From the NCBI GenBank assembly GCA_947595555.1, contig CANQES010000003.1, forward strand, positions 1 through 33,013: a DNA stretch of 33,013 nt, written 5' to 3'. Position 1 is the stretch's first letter. The number at the start of each line of letters is the position of its first letter. A program made the translations under genes and the position numbers. Below are positions 20,971 to 30,782 of the stretch, piece by piece. This DNA is from an uncultured Clostridia bacterium. Lineage in GTDB: Bacteria; Bacillota; Clostridia; TANB77; CAG-508. The notes under the pieces are model-generated. The model had not been told where the DNA came from, did no database searches, and worked only from the letters and a program-made list of their open reading frames with translations.

Positions 20971-21011
20971 TTACTGTTCAGACTAAATAAAATTTTTAGT
21001 CTGAACAGTAA
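20971..21011. terminator. Perfect 17-bp stem hairpin after the YgjP-like gene (terminator-like, no clear U-tract)
   Basis: TTACTGTTCAGACTAAA-7 nt-TTTAGTCTGAACAGTAA. Confidence 0.55.
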
Positions 21012-21079
21012 TAATAGAAAAAACTTTTTTATCAAAAATCTCGACAAAAAGCAAATAAAGTGATAAAATAAAAATATAT

Positions 21080-21154
21080 TGGGGTGTAGCCAAGCGGTAA
21101 GGCAGATGGCTCTGACCCATCGATGCGTAGGTTCGAATCCTACCACCCCAGCCA
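21080..21154 (+). tRNA. tRNA-Gln(CTG)
   Basis: TGGGGTG/CACCCCA acceptor stem, D arm GCCAAGCGGTAAGGC, anticodon arm GATGG-CTCTGAC-CCATC, GGTTCGAATCC, encoded CCA; promoter-like TCGACA-17 nt-TAAAAT upstream. Confidence 0.96.
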
Positions 21155-21268
21155 ACAAAAAATCGATGTAAATAGCTTGTATCATGGTATTCACTATATT
21201 GTGCATTCCATTTTTTTCTTTACTTGCTAAAAAATACATGAATAATAATTTATGGAGGAAAAAATTAA

Positions 21269-21910
21269 ATGGAAAAATCAAAAATAAAAAATGTAGTAGA
21301 ATGGATTTATTGCATAGTAATAGCAATAATTTTAGCATTATTATTTAGATATTACATAGGAACTCCCACAATAGTTAAAATGTCTTCAATGCAACCTACA
21401 TTAATGGAAAATCAAAGATTATTATTAAACAGATGGGTAAGGACAACAAAAAAAATACCAAATAGAGGAGACATCATTACTTTTGAAAAGCCAAGTAAAA
21501 TAAATTATAGTGCAAAAGAAATAGATCAATTAAACCCAATAGCAAAATATGAAAATGAGCCCAAAAACTGGATAACAAAATTTATATATTATGTTTTAGA
21601 AATAGGTAAAGAAAGTTATATAAAAAGAGTAATAGCTTTACCAGGAGAGCATGTTCAAATAAAAAATGGTAAAGTTTATATTAATGAAAAAGAAATAGAA
21701 GAAAAATATTTACAAGAAAATGTAAAGACAGAAATTAAATATGGAGTAGGATTTGATGACTTTATTGTTCCAGAAAATAGTATTTTTGCCATGGGAGATA
21801 ATAGAGAAGGAAGCGTTGATTGTAGGGACTTTGGTTGTATTCCAATAGAAAAAGTAGAAAGCAAAGTATGGATAAGAATAATGCCATTTAATAAATTTGG
21901 AGAAGTTTAA
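21269..21910 (+). CDS. lepB: Signal peptidase I
   Basis: One TM helix, SSMQPTL (Ser), RGDIITF, YIKRVIALPG (Lys), MGDNR..S.DCR.FG. Confidence 0.94.
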   Translation: MEKSKIKNVVEWIYCIVIAIILALLFRYYIGTPTIVKMSSMQPTLMENQRLLLNRWVRTTKKIPNRGDIITFEKPSKINYSAKEIDQLNPIAKYENEPKNWITKFIYYVLEIGKESYIKRVIALPGEHVQIKNGKVYINEKEIEEKYLQENVKTEIKYGVGFDDFIVPENSIFAMGDNREGSVDCRDFGCIPIEKVESKVWIRIMPFNKFGEV

Positions 21911-21949
21911 AAATATGTCTATGTAAATATAATATTAAGATTACACTAA

Positions 21950-21978
21950 TTGACATTGCCCCTTAAAAATGATATAAT
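21950..21978 (+). promoter_or_regulatory. sigma-A promoter for the hslO operon
   Basis: TTGACA-17 nt-TATAAT with extended TG. Confidence 0.8.
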
Positions 21979-22020
21979 TAAGCTGTTACAAAATTTTTTT
22001 ATAAAAAAAAAGAGGTAAAA

Positions 22021-22902
22021 ATGTCAGATAAAATAGAAAAATTTTTAGCTTATCAAGGGAGAATATCAGTAATCTGTGCTAACACAACAGAACTGGTAGA
22101 AAAAGCTAGATTAACGCATGATTTAAGCCCAGTAGTTACAGCAGCTTTTGGTAGAATGCTGACAATAACAGCAATTATGGGAAATGAAATGAAAAATGAA
22201 AAAGATAAATTAACTATTCAAATTAGAGGAAATGGACATATACAAATGATGTTAGCCACATCTAATAATTTTCCTCAAGTAAAAGGGTATGTAGCAAATC
22301 CTCAAATTGATATACCATTAAATGAATTTGGAAAATTAGATGTTGGATGTGCAGTAGGTCAGGAAGGATATATTAATGTTATAAAAGATATTGGCTTAAA
22401 AGAGCCTTATATAGGAATCTCACCATTAACAACTGGTGAGATAGCTGATGACTTTGCCAACTATTTTGTACACTCGGAACAAAGAAATTCAGCTGTTGCT
22501 TTAGGTGTATTAGTAGATAAAAATGGAGTTAAATCCGCAGGAGGATATTTGATTAATCCTATGCCAGATGCTACTGAAGAAGATATTACGAAAGTAGAAC
22601 AAGCAATTTTTAAAGCAGGAGCAATGTCTAGGATGTTAGACGAAAGATTAGAATTAAAAGAAATAGCAAAAAGAATTACAGGAGATAACCAAATAAAAAC
22701 AATTGAAAATAATATAATACCAGTTTATCAATGTGATTGTTCAAAAAAGCATATGGCAGAAGGGTTAGCTAAGATAGGAAGAGAAGAATTAGAAGATATC
22801 ATAGAGAAAGAAGGAAGAGCAGAAACCGTCTGTCATTTTTGTAACAAAAAGTATGAATTTAATAAAAAGGAATTAGAAGACATAGTGAACACATTTGTGT
22901 AG
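22021..22902 (+). CDS. hslO: Hsp33 redox-regulated chaperone
   Basis: H.LSP...AFGR, YFVHSEQ, AGGYLI..MP, C-terminal CDC...CHFC Zn motif. Confidence 0.94.
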   Translation: MSDKIEKFLAYQGRISVICANTTELVEKARLTHDLSPVVTAAFGRMLTITAIMGNEMKNEKDKLTIQIRGNGHIQMMLATSNNFPQVKGYVANPQIDIPLNEFGKLDVGCAVGQEGYINVIKDIGLKEPYIGISPLTTGEIADDFANYFVHSEQRNSAVALGVLVDKNGVKSAGGYLINPMPDATEEDITKVEQAIFKAGAMSRMLDERLELKEIAKRITGDNQIKTIENNIIPVYQCDCSKKHMAEGLAKIGREELEDIIEKEGRAETVCHFCNKKYEFNKKELEDIVNTFV

Positions 22903-22919
22903 GGAAAGGGTTGGATTAC

Positions 22920-24164
22920 ATGGCGAGAAGTATAGAATTCGGAATTGGATTTTTAGCAGGAAGACCTAATGTATGTAAGATTATTAATAATTATTATGAA
23001 GACATTATTAATCAAGGAAAAAAATTAGGGAAAAATGTTAATTTTACTATCTTTATTTTATATGATTTGGGATATCAACAAGCAGAAAGAATAGAATTTT
23101 ATGGAATTAAATCAAATGTATATAAAAACTTTAAAATCAAATATATTACGCCAGAGGATATAGAAGAGGAAAAGAAAATATTAGCATCCAGACATGAAAT
23201 TAGTAAAAGAGATATTAATTTAATTTTAGGGCATGGGTATGCAAGAGCAAGAAACTCAATTATGTATTTTGCATTAAAAAGAAAAATAGACTACTTAATG
23301 TTTTGGGATGATGATGAATATCCAGTTGCCAATATAAAAAATGATGATGGTTCAATTGAATGGGTAAAACAAGAAAATATATTACAGCACTTAAAATATA
23401 TTGAAAAATCAGATGTTACAATGGGATATAGATGTGGAAATATGTCTCCTGTACCGTATGTAGAATATGAGGATTCTTTTACCGAAGAAGACTTTAAGAA
23501 TTATATAGATGGTATAAGCAATGAAGCGGTATCTTGGGAAAAAATAAAAGAAAAAAGAAATAGTACAGATAATGGAATTACATATGCTGAAAAAGATATT
23601 GTAAGAAAAGGAAAAGAAGTACATATTGATAACATGGGAAAAGAAAAATGGTTATTAGCTTCTGGAATTTGCTTAAATATGAGGCATTTAGACAAAATAC
23701 CAGCATTCTATAATCCTCCTTTTGCCCGTGGAGAAGATACATTTTTTACAACTATGCTAAAAGATGCAAAAGTAACACAAGTACCAACATATCATTTTCA
23801 TGATGGATTTCTAAAATATATATCTATCTTAAAGGAAAACTATCCGAAAAAATTAAAAAAGATAGTACTTGAAGATGGCGCTATTGAACAAAGATTTTTA
23901 AAAGCGTCTATTGGATGGATTAAATACAAGCCGTTATTGATATATATAACAGACCGAAAGAACTATAGGAAAATTATGGATGAAACAAAGGAAAAACTAG
24001 AGAAAAGTATTCCAAAAATGAATGAAACTTTTAAAAGCTGTGATTTTACATGTTTATTAAAAGAATTGGAACAATATGATGAACAAGTAAAGCAACATTA
24101 TAAAGAATATATAAGAACAAATGAAATATGGAATGAATTTAAAAGTAAGATAAATGAATTATAG
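22920..24164 (+). CDS. Uncharacterised protein with GT-A glycosyltransferase-like motifs
   Basis: GYARARN, YLMFWDDDEYP (DxD-like), RGEDTFF; co-oriented with a GT2 gene. Confidence 0.6.
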   Translation: MARSIEFGIGFLAGRPNVCKIINNYYEDIINQGKKLGKNVNFTIFILYDLGYQQAERIEFYGIKSNVYKNFKIKYITPEDIEEEKKILASRHEISKRDINLILGHGYARARNSIMYFALKRKIDYLMFWDDDEYPVANIKNDDGSIEWVKQENILQHLKYIEKSDVTMGYRCGNMSPVPYVEYEDSFTEEDFKNYIDGISNEAVSWEKIKEKRNSTDNGITYAEKDIVRKGKEVHIDNMGKEKWLLASGICLNMRHLDKIPAFYNPPFARGEDTFFTTMLKDAKVTQVPTYHFHDGFLKYISILKENYPKKLKKIVLEDGAIEQRFLKASIGWIKYKPLLIYITDRKNYRKIMDETKEKLEKSIPKMNETFKSCDFTCLLKELEQYDEQVKQHYKEYIRTNEIWNEFKSKINEL

Positions 24165-24176
24165 GAGGCAAGTTCC

Positions 24177-25193
24177 ATGGAAGGCAAGCTAATAAGTGTA
24201 ATAGTGCCAATTTATAAAGTTGAAAAATATTTAAATAGATGTATAAATAGTATTATAAACCAAACATATAAAAATTTGGAAATCTTATTAGTGGATGATG
24301 GAAGTCCAGATAATTCTGGAAAAATATGCGATGAATATGCGCAAAAGGATAAGCGAATAAAAGTTATACATAAGCAAAATGGAGGATTATCTGATGCAAG
24401 AAATGCAGCACTAAAAATAGCACATGGAGATTATATTGGGTTTGTTGATAGTGATGATTATATTAAAGAAGATATGTTTGAAACCTTATTTAAACTAAGT
24501 GAAGAAAATGATGCAGACATTTCAATTGTATCGTATTATGAATTAATAGATGACAGATTAATATCTGTAAGAGATTCAGGAAAATTGCAAATTATGGATA
24601 AATTAGAAGCAATTAAAGAATTACTAATTGACACAAAAATACAAAGCTATGCATGGAACAAACTTTTTAAAAAGGAACTTTTTAAAGATACAATATTTCC
24701 AACTGGAAAAAATTTTGAGGATATAGCTACTACATTAATTTTATTTGAAAAATGTAATAAAGTAGTGTTATTAGAGGAACCAAAATATTATTATCTTAGA
24801 AGAAACGATAGTATTGTTGGAATTAGAAACTATAAAACATATAGTGATTATTTAGAAGTAATTAAAGATAAATATTTTTACTTGAAAGACAAGTATCCAG
24901 ATATAGAAGTATATAATGCCTATAATTTTATAATTAATATGATATGGGTATATACCATAATAGTTGCTTATGATATAAATGATTTATATCCAAAATATAA
25001 TGAATCATATAAATTATTTGAAGACATTATAAAATATTATGGAGAAGACATTATAAACAAGCTAGAAACTTATAATAAGGCGGTCTTATATATGATGTTA
25101 ACAGACATAGAAACGAGTAGACAGGCTATTAAAGAATTTTATATTGCTTTTAAAAAGAGGAGGGAAGAAGGAGATTTTTCTCTTCAAATTTAG
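24177..25193 (+). CDS. Family 2 glycosyltransferase
   Basis: ISVIVPIYKVEKYL, LVDDGSPD, NGGLSDARN, FVDSDD, WNKLF, FED. Confidence 0.93.
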   Translation: MEGKLISVIVPIYKVEKYLNRCINSIINQTYKNLEILLVDDGSPDNSGKICDEYAQKDKRIKVIHKQNGGLSDARNAALKIAHGDYIGFVDSDDYIKEDMFETLFKLSEENDADISIVSYYELIDDRLISVRDSGKLQIMDKLEAIKELLIDTKIQSYAWNKLFKKELFKDTIFPTGKNFEDIATTLILFEKCNKVVLLEEPKYYYLRRNDSIVGIRNYKTYSDYLEVIKDKYFYLKDKYPDIEVYNAYNFIINMIWVYTIIVAYDINDLYPKYNESYKLFEDIIKYYGEDIINKLETYNKAVLYMMLTDIETSRQAIKEFYIAFKKRREEGDFSLQI

Positions 25194-25210
25194 AATGAAA
25201 GGAGAAAAAT

Positions 25211-25657
25211 ATGGATTGGAATATAATAGAATATAGTGAAGAATATAGAGAAAGAGTAATCAATTTTTGGATAGAAATTTGTGTACAAGAATTTAATTTT
25301 AATGATTGGCATGATGACATTAAGAAAATGGATAATCATACTTACAAAGATGATAATGGAAATTTTTGGATTGCCATAAATGATAGAGATGAAGTAATAG
25401 GAACGATTGCTTTAAAGAATATGGGGGAAGAAAAAGGATGCTTAAAAAGTTTATATGTTAAAAAGGAACAAAGAAAAAATGGTATTGCGAAAGAATTATT
25501 TAATAGATTTATGGAATTTGCAATATTAAGTGGTTACAAAAAGATAGAATTAGATACATATCAATCATTTGAACATGCAATTAGATTTTATAAAAAGAAT
25601 GACTTTATTATAAGGGAACAAATAGATGATAAATATATAATGGAAAGAAATATTTAA
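25211..25657 (+). CDS. GNAT family N-acetyltransferase
   Basis: VIGTIAL, LKSLYV...RKNGIAKEL, AIRFYKKNDF. Confidence 0.88.
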   Translation: MDWNIIEYSEEYRERVINFWIEICVQEFNFNDWHDDIKKMDNHTYKDDNGNFWIAINDRDEVIGTIALKNMGEEKGCLKSLYVKKEQRKNGIAKELFNRFMEFAILSGYKKIELDTYQSFEHAIRFYKKNDFIIREQIDDKYIMERNI

Positions 25658-25737
25658 AAAGTCTTTCCTTTTTTTATTCTTTACATGCAAGAAAATATAT
25701 AGTATAATGACATCAAAATAATATAGGGAGGTTAAGT

Positions 25738-27285
25738 ATGAAAGCATTAATCAGTGTATCAGATAAAACAGGAATAGTAGAATTTGCTAAAAGATTAGAA
25801 AAACAAGGTGTAGACATAATATCAACAGGAGGTACATACAAAAAACTAAAAGAAGAAGGCGTAAGAGTAATGGAAGTATCAGAATTAACTGGATTTCCAG
25901 AATGCTTAGACGGAAGAGTAAAAACACTACATCCAATTGTACACGCTGGAATACTTGCAAGAAGAGACAAAGAAGAGCACAGAAAACAATTAGAGGAATT
26001 GAAAATAGACACAATAGACTTTGTAGTAGTAAACTTATATCCATTTAAACAAACAATACTAAAAGATGGAGTAACACTAGAAGAAGCGGTAGAAAATATT
26101 GATATTGGTGGACCAACAATGCTTCGTAGTGCAGCAAAAAATTATCAAGACGTTACAGTTATTACAAATCCAGAAGATTATGACATAGTATTAAAAGAAT
26201 TAGAAGAAAACGGAAGCGTATCAAAAGATACAAAATTTAGATTAATGCAAGCAGTATTTGAACATACAGCAAATTATGATGCAATGATAGCAAACTATAT
26301 TAAAGAACAAAGAAAAGACGAGAGTTTACCAGAAAAGCTAACTTTAACATATGAAAAGGTTCAAGAAATGAGATATGGTGAAAATCCACATCAAAAAGCA
26401 GCATTATACAAAGAAATCGGAAAATGTGAAGGTTCATTAACAACTGCAAAACAATTAAATGGAAAAGAATTATCATTTAACAACATAAATGACACAAATG
26501 GTGCTTTAGAATTATTGAAAGAATTTGATGAACCAACAGTAGTAGCTTGTAAACATGGAAACCCATGTGGAGTGGGAAGCAGCAGTGATATCTACGAAGC
26601 TTGGCAAAAAGCATTTAAAGCAGACAAGACTTCTATTTTTGGAGGAATTGTTGTAGTAAATGAAGAAGTTAATGTGAAAATGTCAGAAGAAATGAAAGAC
26701 ATCTTTTTAGAGGTAATAGTAGCACCATCATACGAAGAAAAGGCTTTAGACATTTTAAAACAAAAGAAAAATGTAAGAATATTGGAACTTCCAAGTATAA
26801 AAGTTAAACAAAACGCGAATGCTTATGATATTAAAAAAATAAATGGAGGAGTTATAGTTCAAACAATAGATTCTAAATTATTGGATGAATATGAGGTAGT
26901 GACTAATACAAAGCCAACACCAGAACAAATGGAAGATTTATTATTTACATGGAAAATAGTAAAATTTGTAAAATCAAATGGAATTGCTATAGGAAAAGGA
27001 AAACAATCAATTGGAATTGGTCCAGGACAAGTTAATCGAATTTGGGCTACAAAACAAGCAATTGAGCATGGTGAAGAATTAATTGGCAAAGGAATTACAA
27101 ATGGTGCGGTTTTAGCATCAGATGCATTCTTCCCATTTTCAGACTGTGTGGAAGAAGCACATAGAGCAGGAATCAAAGCAATTATTCAACCAGGTGGATC
27201 TATAAAAGATCAGGATTCTATAGATAAATGTAATGAATATGGAATAGCAATGGTATTTACAAAAATGAGACATTTTAAACATTAA
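25738..27285 (+). CDS. purH: Bifunctional AICAR formyltransferase / IMP cyclohydrolase
   Basis: [56 protein letters not shown]. Confidence 0.98.
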   Translation: MKALISVSDKTGIVEFAKRLEKQGVDIISTGGTYKKLKEEGVRVMEVSELTGFPECLDGRVKTLHPIVHAGILARRDKEEHRKQLEELKIDTIDFVVVNLYPFKQTILKDGVTLEEAVENIDIGGPTMLRSAAKNYQDVTVITNPEDYDIVLKELEENGSVSKDTKFRLMQAVFEHTANYDAMIANYIKEQRKDESLPEKLTLTYEKVQEMRYGENPHQKAALYKEIGKCEGSLTTAKQLNGKELSFNNINDTNGALELLKEFDEPTVVACKHGNPCGVGSSSDIYEAWQKAFKADKTSIFGGIVVVNEEVNVKMSEEMKDIFLEVIVAPSYEEKALDILKQKKNVRILELPSIKVKQNANAYDIKKINGGVIVQTIDSKLLDEYEVVTNTKPTPEQMEDLLFTWKIVKFVKSNGIAIGKGKQSIGIGPGQVNRIWATKQAIEHGEELIGKGITNGAVLASDAFFPFSDCVEEAHRAGIKAIIQPGGSIKDQDSIDKCNEYGIAMVFTKMRHFKH

Positions 27286-27298
27286 TATTATAAAATGT

Positions 27299-27341
27299 AA
27301 TACCCCTGAAAGACAAATAAAAAGTCTTTTGGGGGTATTTT
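27299..27341 (+). terminator. Intrinsic terminator after purH
   Basis: AATACCCC.GAAAGAC / GTCTTTT.GGGGTATT stem followed by Ts. Confidence 0.7.
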
Positions 27342-27356
27342 GTGTAAAAATAAAAT

Positions 27357-27385
27357 CACTAATCGACAAATTATGACATAGAATA
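27357..27385 (+). promoter_or_regulatory. sigK-like promoter for yabG
   Basis: CAC-17 nt-CATAGAATA (CATAnnnTA); yabG is sigK-controlled in Bacillus subtilis. Confidence 0.5.
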
Positions 27386-27412
27386 TAATAGCCCAAATTT
27401 AGAGGTGATAAA

Positions 27413-28266
27413 ATGAATAAAATAAAAAAAGGGGATATTGTAGTAAGAAAATCTTATGGAAAAGATATCCTATTTATAGTTAAAAATATTTTATGTCCCA
27501 ATAAAAATCCAATTGCAATTTTAAAAGGTCTTGTTGATAGGATTGAAGCAGACAGCAGTATCGAGGATTTAGAAATTGCTGAAAAAGAAGTAGTGAATAA
27601 GAAACTAGAAAAGTTAAACGAAGAAATGAAAAATAAAATAGTAGAAACAACAAAAAATGAAAATAGTGATTATAAAATAGGAATAGTTAGCCCAAATACA
27701 AGAAATAAAGAAAAAATTATAACTGGGAAAATATTGCATTTGGATGGAGATAAGAAATATAGTGAAAAATCATATTATTATTATAAAAAATTAGGGTTAA
27801 ATGCTATTGTAAAAAATATACCAGAATATAGGCAACCAAGGGTTGTATATCACTTGTTGCAGACATATAAACCTGATATTTTAGTTATTACACGGTCATG
27901 ATGGAATGATAAAAAAAGGAAAAGATTATCATGATATCTATAATTATCGAAATTCAAAATATTTTATTCAAACAGTAAAGGAAGCAAGAAGATATGATAA
28001 AGAAAAAGATGCACATTTAGTTATTTTTGCCCGGTGCATGTCAAAGTTATTTTGAAGCTATAATTTCAGCTGGTGCTAATTTTGCGTCTTCTCCTGCTAG
28101 AATTTTAATAGATTTTTTAGATCCTTTAGTTATAGCAGAAAAAATAGCTTTTACTGAAAAATATAAATATATAACAATTGATGATATTGCAAAAGAATTA
28201 AGGGATGGAAAAAGAGGTGTAAGTGGAATTGGGGCTAATGGAAAAATGATAATAGAGTACACCTAA
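27413..28266 (+). CDS. yabG: Sporulation cysteine peptidase YabG; needs two +1 shifts (about 283 aa when joined)
   Basis: GDIVVRKSYGKD, GKILHLDGD, PDILVIT-[shift]-GHDGM...YRNSKYF..TVKEAR...LVIFA-[shift]-GACQSYFEAIISAGANFASSP; located upstream of veg as in Bacillus. Confidence 0.93.
27893..27896 (+). other. Frame-break site 2: ACA-CGG-TCA-TGA, restored as ACA-(C)GGT-CAT-GAT
   Basis: Skipping C27893 restores LVIT-G-HD. Confidence 0.85.
28032..28035 (+). other. Frame-break site 3: GCC-CGG-TGC, restored as GCC-(C)GGT-GCA-TGT
   Basis: Skipping one C restores VIFA-G-ACQS; the unshifted frame stops at TGA 28053-28055. Confidence 0.82.
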
Positions 28267-28383
28267 TATATAAAAATAAACCAACTTAATATTACTGCAA
28301 CATAATTGTAATACAACTGTAAAATAAACCACAAAACCATTGAAATTAAAGCGATTGAAGATATTGACAAAGCTATACTTTTT

Positions 28384-28412
28384 TTGACATTTTATGCAAA
28401 AAATGCTATAAT
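28384..28412 (+). promoter_or_regulatory. Strong sigma-A promoter of veg
   Basis: TTGACA-17 nt-TATAAT with extended TG. Confidence 0.85.
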
Positions 28413-28441
28413 CAAACCATCTTAAAGGAGATGGTGATAGA

Positions 28442-28738
28442 ATGATTTGTCGTTCAGATATAGCAAATCTAAAAACTGACATCATAGAAAAAGTGGGTCA
28501 AAAGATAATAGTAAAAGGGTCTTTAGGAAGAAGTAGAGCCTTTGAAAAAGAAGCTACAATAGAAAAAGCCTATCCAAATATTTTCGTAGTAAAATATGAA
28601 GAAAATAATAGAAACGTTACTTATAGTTATACAGATGTACTAACGAGAACTGTAGAGGTAGAAGTATTTGATGGAGATTCTTATTCACCATTGATACCAC
28701 CACCAGTAGAAACAAAAAGAAAAAAGACATCTTTGTAA
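28442..28738 (+). CDS. veg: Veg family protein
   Basis: IANLKTDI...VGQKI.VK..LGR.R......IEKAYPNIFVV.......TYSYTDVLT..VEV; downstream of yabG. Confidence 0.9.
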   Translation: MICRSDIANLKTDIIEKVGQKIIVKGSLGRSRAFEKEATIEKAYPNIFVVKYEENNRNVTYSYTDVLTRTVEVEVFDGDSYSPLIPPPVETKRKKTSL

Positions 28739-28763
28739 GATGTAATATGAATATTTAAAATAG

Positions 28764-28790
28764 AAAACCAATATTAAATATTGGTTTTTT
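28764..28790 (+). terminator. Intrinsic terminator after veg
   Basis: AAAACCAATATT/AATATTGGTTTT followed by Ts. Confidence 0.7.
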
Positions 28791-28892
28791 ATTTTAGAAT
28801 TTTGAAAAATAATAAAAAAAACTTGTATAATAAAATAAAATATGATATAAATATACTATGAAAATAAAGCTAAATAGAAAGGCGGAGTTTTT

Positions 28893-29633
28893 GTGGACGA
28901 AGAAATAGATAAAGATGTAAAAACCATTTTAATTGTAGACGATGAACCACCAATATTAGATATATTGGAACATAATTTAAAAAGGGAAGGATATAGAATA
29001 ATATCAGCCACAGATGGAATAATGGCCATTAATATGGCAACAGAGCAAAGGCCAGATTTAATATTATTAGACATTATGTTACCAAAATTAGATGGTTTAT
29101 CTGTATGTAAAAGAATAAAAAATTCTTATAATGTACCAATTATAATGTTAACAGCCAAAGATGGAGAAATAGATAAAATTTTAGGATTAGAATTAGGGGC
29201 AGATGATTATATTACAAAACCATTTAGTGTAAGAGAATTAGTAGCAAGAGTAAAAGCTAATTTAAGAAAAGTCGAAGTTGGATCTAATAATAAAACAGTA
29301 GAAACATATAATGATGAAAAAAAGAAAGAAAATAAAATAGTAGTAGGAGATTTAGAACTGGATTTAGACAAATTTGAAGTTAAAGTAAGAGGAGACATTA
29401 TAGACTTAACTTTAAGGGAATTTGAAGTACTAAAATTTTTAGCTTCTCAGCCAGAACAAGTAGTAACAAGAGAAACATTATTAGAAAAAGTATGGGGATA
29501 TGAATATTTTGGAGATATTAGAACAGTAGATGTAACAGTTAGAAGAATTAGAGAGAAAATTGAGCAGGATACATCTATGCCAAAAATATTAATAACCAAA
29601 AGAGGTGTAGGCTATTATATTGCTTCTAGATAA
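28893..29633 (+). CDS. OmpR/PhoB-family response regulator, WalR(YycF)-like
   Basis: ILIVDDE, LLDIMLP, MLTAKD, GADDYITKPF, KVWGYEYFGDIRTVDVTVRRIREKIE, RGVGY. Confidence 0.92.
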   Translation: MDEEIDKDVKTILIVDDEPPILDILEHNLKREGYRIISATDGIMAINMATEQRPDLILLDIMLPKLDGLSVCKRIKNSYNVPIIMLTAKDGEIDKILGLELGADDYITKPFSVRELVARVKANLRKVEVGSNNKTVETYNDEKKKENKIVVGDLELDLDKFEVKVRGDIIDLTLREFEVLKFLASQPEQVVTRETLLEKVWGYEYFGDIRTVDVTVRRIREKIEQDTSMPKILITKRGVGYYIASR

Positions 29634-29640
29634 TGTAGTG

Positions 29641-29676
29641 AAAAGGTTTATTATGTAAAAACATAATAAGCCTTTT
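29641..29676 (+). terminator. Intrinsic terminator after the response regulator
   Basis: AAAAGGTTTATTATGT-aaaa-ACATAATAAGCCTTTT. Confidence 0.75.
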
Positions 29677-29701
29677 GAGCATATGGAAAGGAAAATAAAA
29701 T

Positions 29702-30757
29702 ATGAAAAGAAATGAAACAAGAAAAGTATTAGTAGGACATGTAGCAATAGGAGGGCAAAACAAAGTAGTTATTCAATCTATGTGCAATACAAAGACAAAA
29801 GATGTAGAGGCAACAGTAAGACAAATATTAGAATTAGAAAAAGCTGGATGCGACATAATACGAGTTGCATGTTTAGATATAGAAGATGCTAGAGCAATAA
29901 AAGAAATAAAACAAAGAATTCATATACCAATTGTAGCAGATATTCACTTTGATTACAGAATAGCATTAGAAGCAATTGAAGCAGGAGTTAATAAAGTAAG
30001 AATTAATCCTGGAAATATTGGGTCAGAAGATAGAATAAAAATGGTAGTAGATAAATGCAAAGAAAAGAAAATTCCTATTAGAATTGGAGTAAATGCAGGT
30101 TCACTAGAAAAAGATTTGCTTGAAAAATATGGAGGAAAGCCAACTGCAAAAGCAATGGTGGAAAGTGCGAAAAGGCATATTGATATTTTAGAAAAATTAC
30201 AATTTAAAGATTATGTAGTTTCACTAAAAGCGTCTAATTTAGATTTATGCATTGAAAGTTATGAGGAGGCATCTAGGCAATTTGATTGTCCATTACATTT
30301 AGGAATTACAGAGGCGGGAACTGAATTTAGCGGAACTATTAAATCTAGTATAGGACTAGGATATATGTTAAGAAATGGAATTGGTGATACAATAAGAGTT
30401 TCATTATCAGATGATCCAATTAAAGAAATAAAAGTAGCAAAAGAAATTCTAAAAGATTGTAATTTATATAATCAATCACCGACTTTAATTGCGTGTCCTA
30501 CTTGTGGAAGAACACAAATAGACTTAATACCAATTGCAAAAGAAGTAGAAGAATTTTTACAAACTATTCATTCTGATATTAAAGTTGCAGTTATGGGATG
30601 TGCTGTCAATGGACCAGGAGAAGCAAGAGAAGCAGATATTGGAATTGCAGGAGGAATAAAAGAAGGCTTGTTATTCAAAAAAGGAGATATCATAAAAAAA
30701 GTAAAACAAGAAGACATTGTAAAAGTTTTAAAAGAAGAAATTTTAAAGATGATATAA
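29702..30757 (+). CDS. ispG: (E)-4-hydroxy-3-methylbut-2-enyl-diphosphate synthase
   Basis: [44 protein letters not shown]. Confidence 0.97.
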   Translation: MKRNETRKVLVGHVAIGGQNKVVIQSMCNTKTKDVEATVRQILELEKAGCDIIRVACLDIEDARAIKEIKQRIHIPIVADIHFDYRIALEAIEAGVNKVRINPGNIGSEDRIKMVVDKCKEKKIPIRIGVNAGSLEKDLLEKYGGKPTAKAMVESAKRHIDILEKLQFKDYVVSLKASNLDLCIESYEEASRQFDCPLHLGITEAGTEFSGTIKSSIGLGYMLRNGIGDTIRVSLSDDPIKEIKVAKEILKDCNLYNQSPTLIACPTCGRTQIDLIPIAKEVEEFLQTIHSDIKVAVMGCAVNGPGEAREADIGIAGGIKEGLLFKKGDIIKKVKQEDIVKVLKEEILKMI

Positions 30758-30782
30758 ATTAGTATAGAGAAAGGATAGAAAA

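Noticed and set aside
21080-21154. tRNA as a frameshift-suppressor or CGG-reading tRNA
   Set aside because: It has a normal 7-nt anticodon loop with CTG and Gln-type features; nothing links it to CGG decoding.
21155-21268. Integrated element at the tRNA 3' end
   Set aside because: No integrase and no duplicated tRNA 3' fragment were seen; lepB follows directly.
25658-25737. ZTP or purine riboswitch before purH
   Set aside because: The spacer is only about 80 nt, AT-rich and occupied by a T-tract and a promoter-like sequence; no aptamer motif was seen.
28027-28266. 79-aa ORF as an independent gene
   Set aside because: It is the third segment of yabG and has no RBS.
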